From: Eubacteriales bacterium
GTDB taxonomy: Bacteria; Bacillota; Clostridia; Oscillospirales; CAG-272
Assembly: GCA_045594305.1 (NCBI GenBank)
Contig: JAZNYH010000049.1
Location: 1-58,057, forward strand
Reading direction: 5' to 3'
DNA length: 58,057 nt
Shown here: piece by piece, positions 40,134 through 47,141 of the stretch
How the letters are laid out: each line of letters begins with the position of its first letter
Numbering within the stretch: position 1 is the first letter of the stretch
Position numbers and translations under genes: made by a program
The notes under the pieces: generated by a model
What the model saw: the letters and a program-made list of their open reading frames with translations, nothing else
What the model was told of the DNA's origin: nothing
Databases searched by the model: none

Positions 40134-40865
40134 TTAGGATGCTTTTGCTTCATATCTTTTAACACTACCTTTAAAGTATGTCATCTGGTATTCGCTTAAC
40201 AATTTATTATCATCAGTGATTAGTTTACCGAATATATCCTCATCAGTTAGATAATTTATGTTTGGAATATAGAATTTGTCAAGTTCTGAAAATAGTTTTT
40301 TATTGTTATTAATGGAACTACTACTTTCCCTTATTAATGTACAAGCTACAAGTCCTTGCAAGCCCAAATCGGATAAATTTCCAAGTTCTAAATATCTACA
40401 TTTAGTGCCTTGCAGAACAGTGTAATTTGCTCTGTTCACCAAATATAGTTTTTTATCACAACTTTTTTTATTGTTGCAATCTTTTTTATTTTTTAACTCT
40501 TTCTTACCGATATCTTCTTTAAAGGTTATTCCCTTTTTTGCGAGATAACCTTCTAATAATTTCATCAATGTTTGATAAGGATTCATTATCAGTATCATAT
40601 GTAGATGAGGACGCCTTTTTGAACTCTCATCTTTATTAGTAAATATCTTCTTGCCATATTTATTAGTTACTATTCTACCATTGTCAAAGTTTTCGCCAGT
40701 GGAATGTTCACTTATGCTAATTACACCATAGCAACTATATTTACTATTATTACAACGGTATCTTAGAAATTCTTTTATTTCATTGGCAAGATTTAATGCC
40801 TCCTCGAATGTAATGATTTCTTCTGTGTCAATATCAAAAGCAACTGTATGCGTCCTTCTTTCTAT
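40134..40865 (-). CDS. HUH endonuclease-like Rep/relaxase with a non-canonical start (ATA or CTT)
   Basis: Frame stays open 89 codons upstream of the tracked ATG, up to an AGGAGGTG RBS; the extension contains RPHLHMIL. Confidence 0.62.
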   Translation of the reverse strand: MERRTHTVAFDIDTEEIITFEEALNLANEIKEFLRYRCNNSKYSCYGVISISEHSTGENFDNGRIVTNKYGKKIFTNKDESSKRRPHLHMILIMNPYQTLMKLLEGYLAKKGITFKEDIGKKELKNKKDCNNKKSCDKKLYLVNRANYTVLQGTKCRYLELGNLSDLGLQGLVACTLIRESSSSINNNKKLFSELDKFYIPNINYLTDEDIFGKLITDDNKLLSEYQMTYFKGSVKRYEAKAS

Positions 40866-41288
40866 AAGTTTTCACCTCCTTTAATTTAGTATTTATATAA
40901 TTTTCGAAAATTAATTTATTTGGAGGGTTTCGACCAAAAATCCTTTTGTTCTCTCAACCCTCTATATATATTATACAACATTTTTTTGAAAAACGATTTG
41001 GGCTGCCGTCCAGGTGTAATAGTTACATCACTTTTTGATTGAATTTTTGTGGTTTTTGTTTAACCCCTCTATATAGTCTTATACAACAAAATTTTCGACA
41101 TATTGCAAATCTTCGAAAAATAGTTGAAAAAATCTTCAAAAAAGTGCTTAATTGTACATTTTTTCGTACTTTTTAGTACCAAATCAATCCTTTTTCAGAA
41201 AAATACCAAAAAGTGTCCATCTGTAGTTGACTTTTTGAAATTTCATAGTGTAAAATGGGGTACAAAACAAAGGAAGGTTAGATTTGGT

Positions 41289-41963
41289 ATGATTTATGGT
41301 TATTGCAGATGCTCTACTCAAAAGCAAAAGGAAAGCCGACAAATAGAAAATATTTTGAGAGCTTATCCCTCTGCTAAGATTTTTAGTGAATCATTCACGG
41401 GTAGAAAAATTGACAGACCTGTTTGGTCAAAAATAAAAAACTCCCTACGAGAGGGAGATACAGTTGTATTTGATGAGGTTTCAAGAATGAGCCGTAATGC
41501 TGAGGATGGTTTTGCTCATTATGAGGAGTTATATAATTCTGGCATTGAATTGGTGTTTTTGAAGGAGCCTCACATTAATACCTCTGTTTATAGGACTGCT
41601 TTACAAAATACTGTTAAGGAAACTGGAACAGCAGTTGACTATATCATTAAGGGCATAAATGAGTACCTTATGGTTTTAGTCAAGGAGCAAATTCGTTTAG
41701 CATTTGTACAAGCCCAAAAAGAGGTTGATTTTTTGAGTATGCGTACTTCTGAGGGAATGAAAAAAGCAATGGAAATCGGTCATATTCCAGGTCATAAGGT
41801 GGGTTCCACTTATGAAACTAAAAAGGCAAAGCTCTGCAAGGAAATTATATTAAAGCATTCGGTTTCCTTTGGTGGCTCTTTAGCAGATAACGATGTTATT
41901 ACCCTTTGTGGTTGTTCAAGAAATTCATATTACAAATACAAGTCAGAATTATCGGTTGTGTGA
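41289..41963 (+). CDS. Serine recombinase (resolvase/invertase family)
   Basis: MIYGYCRCST, DRP and VSRMSR motifs; start at ATG 41289. Confidence 0.9.
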   Translation: MIYGYCRCSTQKQKESRQIENILRAYPSAKIFSESFTGRKIDRPVWSKIKNSLREGDTVVFDEVSRMSRNAEDGFAHYEELYNSGIELVFLKEPHINTSVYRTALQNTVKETGTAVDYIIKGINEYLMVLVKEQIRLAFVQAQKEVDFLSMRTSEGMKKAMEIGHIPGHKVGSTYETKKAKLCKEIILKHSVSFGGSLADNDVITLCGCSRNSYYKYKSELSVV

Positions 41964-42094
41964 CAAAGGCGATTTAAGGGCTGTTTTTGAAGAGATGTTT
42001 TGAATTGGTATTCGTCTCCTTAAAAGTCATCAAATCACCCAGAAAGTGCCTTGTCTCAGGTCTGTCACGCAATCCAAATTTGGAGGTATAAAAA

Positions 42095-42574
42095 ATGGTC
42101 ACAAGAAGCTTGGTTATTGACTTTATCAGATATTTAAGAAACAAAGAAAATGTCATAATTGACCCCTATATAACAAGAACCATGTTTAAGTCCAATGTCG
42201 ATAGGACTGACACGGTTATAGAACTACTTAACAAAATAAAAAAAGCAGATGACGAATTTGTGGCTTACGGAATAATAGCTCGCAGCATATGTCATTCTGC
42301 TAATACAAATTGGAAACTCTGCCCTAATATCTCATATCACGAGGATTTATATGAGTATCTTTTGGAAATAGGTTATGAGGATGAGGAAGCCACTTTCTAC
42401 ACTAAGGTTGTGGCTGGTGGTAATTACAAGGACTATATTAGGCAAAAAGCAAAGTCCTCTTGGTTTAATGGGGACCTACATAACTTTGCACTATCTTGCA
42501 AATGCCTTCCTCGCAGAGAAACATTTGTAGGCAAATTTCCTACTGAATATCAGAATTTCAAAAACTTAATATAG
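42095..42574 (+). CDS. Hypothetical protein
   Basis: GGAGG RBS and a downstream terminator hairpin; no motif recognised. Confidence 0.6.
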   Translation: MVTRSLVIDFIRYLRNKENVIIDPYITRTMFKSNVDRTDTVIELLNKIKKADDEFVAYGIIARSICHSANTNWKLCPNISYHEDLYEYLLEIGYEDEEATFYTKVVAGGNYKDYIRQKAKSSWFNGDLHNFALSCKCLPRRETFVGKFPTEYQNFKNLI

Positions 42575-42789
42575 CAAAAAGACACGGTCACTCATTTTTG
42601 AGCTTAGACCGTGCTTTTTCTTTCAAATTCTCATAAGGGTATAGCTCGCCCCTTTGTACAAAATTGGTCAAATTTTTGATTTTTTGGCACTTAGGTATAG
42701 TTTTGCCTTACATTACAATTTAGCATAAAATTTTTTCAAAAAAATTCAAACTTTTATTTTGATTCTCCAGAAAGTCATTTTTAGTGTGA

Positions 42790-44079
42790 TTAGAACGGAA
42801 AATCATCATCGCTATTGTGGAAATTTGCTTTTTTAGTGTTATTCAGCACTTCTTGTGACTGATTACTTATTTTCAATATTTGTTCAGAATATGGAGACTT
42901 TAGTGTAAATTCCTTTACATTACCATATGATGTAAAGTTTGATGGTTCTAATATTCCTTTTGCATTAAGTATTCTTAAAGCTACATTGTAATTTCGTGAA
43001 AGTTTATCATTCACATCATTGCTCGTTTGCCAAGCGATTATATTATTGATAGTACCATCAGCCATCCACCTATCTCCCAAAGTTATAGTTGCTGTATCAT
43101 ACATAAACGCTATTAACAACGCTTCCAACTCTCTTATGTCTGGATTTAAGATGTAATCATCCATTACATTTTTAGTTGTATCTTCTGTCTTAATTACAAC
43201 AATGTTTTTTCTGTATTTTGACTTTACCATTTCAACGTATTCTGTTCCTTTGGAACCAAGAGAAATCAAATCGCTAAAACTATCTATTTCTATTTCACAA
43301 TACTCATATTCTTCTTGTATAGGGTTTCCGTTTTCGTCTGCATCCCACCCTGTTTCATATTGAAGTTCTATATAGCCCCTTTTGCTTAATAGTGATAATG
43401 CCGAATTGAAATCAAAATCTCCGTATTCTTTTACATACTTAGCAAACGTTTCATTATTCGAAGTTGCAAACTCTGAATTTTGTATACATATAAAATAATT
43501 GAGCAATAGAATTTCTTTATCGGTAAATCTTTTATTTAGAATATCTTCTTCTAAGCCAGACAATTCATTGCTCTGCTCGATATATTGAGTTGAATAAGCC
43601 GATAGTCGATTTGCCTCAACGACAAAATCATTAAATATTTGCTCAAGTGTCTTTTGAGTGTTTCTTGATTTTATATAATCATTCAATTTTCTCAACAACA
43701 TAAATTCTTCACCAGTTTTAGGTTTGAAAGCTATGTAATGTGAATCTATAAAACCTTTCATATCACTGGGCGATAAATTGTCTAACAAAATGGGAAGAAT
43801 ATTTTTATCCAGCACCCAGGCAGCTCCCATTTCATTCAAACACGCAGCACTCTTATAAAAATTTCTTGTGAGTAGAAAAATCACGATGTCACAACCTTTT
43901 ATTTGTTCTTTTATTACGGTGTGAAAATCGTTTCCTAACTCCACGCCAGTATGATATTTTGAGGAGAAAAATATTATATTTTGCTCTATTCCCAATTCAA
44001 CTAAGGCATCAACAAATTTTTCACCAATTTGAGTGTCAAGCGAGGAATGGCTTATAAAGATTTTCTTTTGTTCCATCAA
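42790..44079 (-). CDS. TIR-domain protein with a C-terminal duplicated domain
   Basis: KIFISHSSLD, FLLTRNFYKSAACLNEMGAAW (catalytic Glu retained). Confidence 0.87.
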   Translation of the reverse strand: MMEQKKIFISHSSLDTQIGEKFVDALVELGIEQNIIFFSSKYHTGVELGNDFHTVIKEQIKGCDIVIFLLTRNFYKSAACLNEMGAAWVLDKNILPILLDNLSPSDMKGFIDSHYIAFKPKTGEEFMLLRKLNDYIKSRNTQKTLEQIFNDFVVEANRLSAYSTQYIEQSNELSGLEEDILNKRFTDKEILLLNYFICIQNSEFATSNNETFAKYVKEYGDFDFNSALSLLSKRGYIELQYETGWDADENGNPIQEEYEYCEIEIDSFSDLISLGSKGTEYVEMVKSKYRKNIVVIKTEDTTKNVMDDYILNPDIRELEALLIAFMYDTATITLGDRWMADGTINNIIAWQTSNDVNDKLSRNYNVALRILNAKGILEPSNFTSYGNVKEFTLKSPYSEQILKISNQSQEVLNNTKKANFHNSDDDFPF

Positions 44080-44789
44080 ATTTTTCTTTTTCCTCCTTCC
44101 TCTATATTGTTGACTATTCCAACAAGGCTAACAATAGCAATCACTAAGGAATTCATCCTTTGATAATCTTCCATTTTCATATGAGTGACTGTTTCTGCCA
44201 AAGCAACTGCTTCTTGCACATACTTTTTCAGTTTATCATTTTGAGAATGATAGGTCAAATAGGCACCCAACATTCCCTTTGCATCTGTATCGCTAACGTT
44301 TTTTGCACTAAACTCTTTGTGTATGTCGGGATTATATACCTTTTTTGCAAGAAGTATATATGTTTCTCTGCAAGTGACACCAACTTGATTAAAATCCAAT
44401 CTATCTTTTGCACAAGAAGCATCCTTTAAAATTTTCTCCATTGATTGGTTAATATCATCCCAAGGGGTATTAATATATCTTGCAAAATTACAAATGAAAT
44501 CCGTTGACCTAAGATAGCTAATTATAGTTCTTAGCGAGCCAAATCTAAACGAATTTATCGCTATAAATCCATTTGTGTTATGTATAAAAAGATTGTTCCT
44601 TACATCAGTAAGATTTGTAGAGAGATTATCAGAGTATGGTTTTACTTGCACTATAAGTTTATCAAGCAAAGTGCAAATTTTCTTTTCGTCACTATAAGCA
44701 ACAGAAAAAGGCGTTCCACTATTTATCAATGTCGCATAATGGTTTGTAATATCTCTTAACTGTTCAACCATCTTTTGCAATTCTTTCAT
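44076..44789 (-). CDS. Hypothetical helical protein in the putative defence operon
   Basis: Overlaps the TIR start; C-terminal QVGVTCRE..DAKGML..ETVTH pattern, function unknown. Confidence 0.65.
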   Translation of the reverse strand: MKELQKMVEQLRDITNHYATLINSGTPFSVAYSDEKKICTLLDKLIVQVKPYSDNLSTNLTDVRNNLFIHNTNGFIAINSFRFGSLRTIISYLRSTDFICNFARYINTPWDDINQSMEKILKDASCAKDRLDFNQVGVTCRETYILLAKKVYNPDIHKEFSAKNVSDTDAKGMLGAYLTYHSQNDKLKKYVQEAVALAETVTHMKMEDYQRMNSLVIAIVSLVGIVNNIEEGGKRKI

Positions 44790-44805
44790 TTAATCACCCC
44801 TGTTT

Positions 44806-45708
44806 CTAACATTGTATTCGATACATTATTTCCCCTGTTTCTGATGCGTGTTTTCTTTTCAATTTTATCATTTCTGGCAATGCTATTCTGTTGTCTAAAA
44901 TTTGCAACAAATCCATACTATCCATTAAAATCATATCATTGAATTTAACATCTCCATTTACAATTGTTTCGACATAACCATTTACCGAAATAAACAAACC
45001 AAGAGTAGTTTTTAATTTTCTGCCTATCTTGGCACTAAATATATCCAAATCTGCTCTTTTTGCTTGATGGTTTTGCCATTTGGCTTCAATTAAATAGTCT
45101 GTGCCTTCGTGAGAAAACGAACCATCTATTTGCTCCCCGTCAATTTTAAATGACCCTCTAGGGTCTAAGTCAAAAAACATAAAAAGTTCTTTTAAAAACT
45201 TCTCAAATAAATATCCTCTTGAATTTACATTGCTAGACATTGATAAATCTATATATTGTTGCTTGAACTCTAACAATCGTTGTTGGTGGTCTTGTGATTT
45301 TTTAATTGATAAATTGTAATTCTCTTTGACTTTGTTCTGAGTATCCTTTTCGTTTCGAGAATCAAACCAGCCTTTACAACTTTTCCTCAATTCTAGAACA
45401 GCTTTTATAGCATTATCTTTCATTTCTAATGAATTTGGAAATTTATCAAAATGACTGAATGTATTAAAATTACAAACTTGTTCCATCAAAGACAACAAGT
45501 CATCTTGGAATCTTCCTTCGTTTTTTACCATTGAGTCCACAAGAAAAGACACACAGTTTATTTTAGTGTCATTCCAATTAATGTACGATATTATAGCCTT
45601 ATTCTTTATGGTTGCATTTAAAAAGCTTTTTAGGTCGTTTTTATACCAATATATATTCGACAATGCGTGTTTCAAAGCCACAATTGCAGCCGAATTGATT
45701 TTTTTCAT
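44806..45708 (-). CDS. Mrr-like PD-(D/E)xK restriction endonuclease with an N-terminal extension
   Basis: RGYLFEKFL, EQIDG, YLIEAKW and LFISVNG motifs. Confidence 0.85.
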   Translation of the reverse strand: MKKINSAAIVALKHALSNIYWYKNDLKSFLNATIKNKAIISYINWNDTKINCVSFLVDSMVKNEGRFQDDLLSLMEQVCNFNTFSHFDKFPNSLEMKDNAIKAVLELRKSCKGWFDSRNEKDTQNKVKENYNLSIKKSQDHQQRLLEFKQQYIDLSMSSNVNSRGYLFEKFLKELFMFFDLDPRGSFKIDGEQIDGSFSHEGTDYLIEAKWQNHQAKRADLDIFSAKIGRKLKTTLGLFISVNGYVETIVNGDVKFNDMILMDSMDLLQILDNRIALPEMIKLKRKHASETGEIMYRIQC

Positions 45709-45713
45709 ATTGC

Positions 45714-46127
45714 TTAGTCCTTTTTCTGTCTATAAATTTCTTTTAGGTCTTCGATTGCGATTTCTGGGGCGAGGGTATGAAACATCATATAGTTGCGTTT
45801 CATTGTTTCTGCTGGGGCTTGTTTGTATATTTTGTGGCTTTCCTCTTCTGTCATAAAGTGCCAATAACGATACAGGTAGCCAGTCCAATAAAGGATGTCC
45901 TTTGAGAATAATTCTCCACCCTTTGTAAGTTCTTCGGTGCTGGCAAGCTCATCAAGCAAATATTCCTCTCCAGCCCATTGCATTCTATTATATTTCGAGT
46001 CCAAATTCTTGGCGATTTCCGAATTCATAAAGGCTTTTATAAAGTCCACGCTGTCATATCCATTGTCATATGACAGTTCAAAAAGTCTGCCTTGAATATC
46101 ACATAATTTTATTTGTAATTCATCCAT
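45714..46127 (-). CDS. Small acidic partner protein (putative antitoxin)
   Basis: Two related halves (..QWAGEEYLL / ..YWTGYLYRYW); 2 nt downstream of the DUF3990-like gene. Confidence 0.6.
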   Translation of the reverse strand: MDELQIKLCDIQGRLFELSYDNGYDSVDFIKAFMNSEIAKNLDSKYNRMQWAGEEYLLDELASTEELTKGGELFSKDILYWTGYLYRYWHFMTEEESHKIYKQAPAETMKRNYMMFHTLAPEIAIEDLKEIYRQKKD

Positions 46128-46129
46128 AA

Positions 46130-46993
46130 TTATTTTGCCTCATCAAGTATTTCATCAAAGAATTTGCCTTCTCTACGATAGTTCTTACAAATATCGTTAG
46201 CCAAGCGAACGCCCTTTGCTCTGTTTTCCTCACTTCTGTCTTGCAAAAATCTGCGTTCCATATAGGAAATTTCTATTTCCTTTTCAATTCTGATTTCATC
46301 GCAAGCTTTTTCTGTTACTGCAACATACTGCTCACCAAGTTGTAATGCAGACAAGCTTTTAACAAGTGCTAAATCCGTAATGTTACCAAGGAAAAAGTTA
46401 TCAAGTACATAGAACATTTTATCATTTGCTATGCTTCCAACAATAACATCCTTGTCAGCATCCATTTTTCTATACTTATCATAGAATTCTGTGGTATTAA
46501 TTCTTTCCATTCTGCCTCTATGATATGCAACAAGCATTGCCCAATCAATATCGGCTGGAACCTTGAGCATTTTCAATTCATTTGTTTTAATTGATACCAC
46601 ATAAAATGTGGACTTTTCAAAGTCGCAAATCAAGGTAAGTGGTTGTGCTGGGTCTGTTCCCATATAAAAGCCCTTTCCAAAGTCACATTTATCACGGCTT
46701 ATAGGTGCAATTTTGCCTACAATACCCTTTTTGGAGCCGTGATACAATAGAACTCTATCATTTGTAATATTAAGCTCTTTGGCTTCCTTATTCACTCTTG
46801 CTATTGTCATATCATATACTGGAACTTCTTTTTCTTTGCAAAACTCATATAGCTTAATTTGAGCCAATTTATTGGGTACAACTCTTCCATTTTCCCATCT
46901 ATTTACAGTAGCAAATGTAACTCCCAATTTATCAGCAAATTCTGCTTGGCTAAGCCCTAAATATGCTCTTATTTCCTTAATTATCTCTTGCAT
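46130..46993 (-). CDS. XRE HTH fused to a DUF3990-like (ADP-ribosyltransferase-like) domain
   Basis: HTH (LSQAEFADKLGVTFATVNRWENG); LYHGS, DFGKGFY and QYVAVTEKA; GGAGG RBS before ATG 46993. Confidence 0.8.
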   Translation of the reverse strand: MQEIIKEIRAYLGLSQAEFADKLGVTFATVNRWENGRVVPNKLAQIKLYEFCKEKEVPVYDMTIARVNKEAKELNITNDRVLLYHGSKKGIVGKIAPISRDKCDFGKGFYMGTDPAQPLTLICDFEKSTFYVVSIKTNELKMLKVPADIDWAMLVAYHRGRMERINTTEFYDKYRKMDADKDVIVGSIANDKMFYVLDNFFLGNITDLALVKSLSALQLGEQYVAVTEKACDEIRIEKEIEISYMERRFLQDRSEENRAKGVRLANDICKNYRREGKFFDEILDEAK

Positions 46994-47010
46994 ACTAACC
47001 TCCGATTTCA

Positions 47011-47061
47011 TATAACATTGTTTATCAATTTTATTATAGACTATGTTATATTAAATGTCAA
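47011..47061 (-). promoter_or_regulatory. Promoter and inverted-repeat operator of the five-gene operon
   Basis: TTGACA-N17-TATAAT (47061-47033); TATAACAT/ATGTTATA inverted pair at 47011-18 and 47043-50. Confidence 0.72.
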
Positions 47062-47096
47062 TGGGTTTTGAATAATTGTACTAATAAATTATAAAC

Positions 47097-47134
47097 AAAA
47101 TAGCCATAGGTTTTTGTTCCTATGGCTATTTTTA
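47097..47134 (-). terminator. Terminator of the LRR lipoprotein gene
   Basis: AAAATAGCCATAGG..CCTATGGCTATTTT hairpin. Confidence 0.8.
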
Positions 47135-47141
47135 TTGAATA

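Noticed and set aside
41124-41288. N-terminal extension of the serine recombinase
   Set aside because: The family motif begins at MIYGY (41289), preceded by AGGAAGG; the extension is AT-rich promoter sequence
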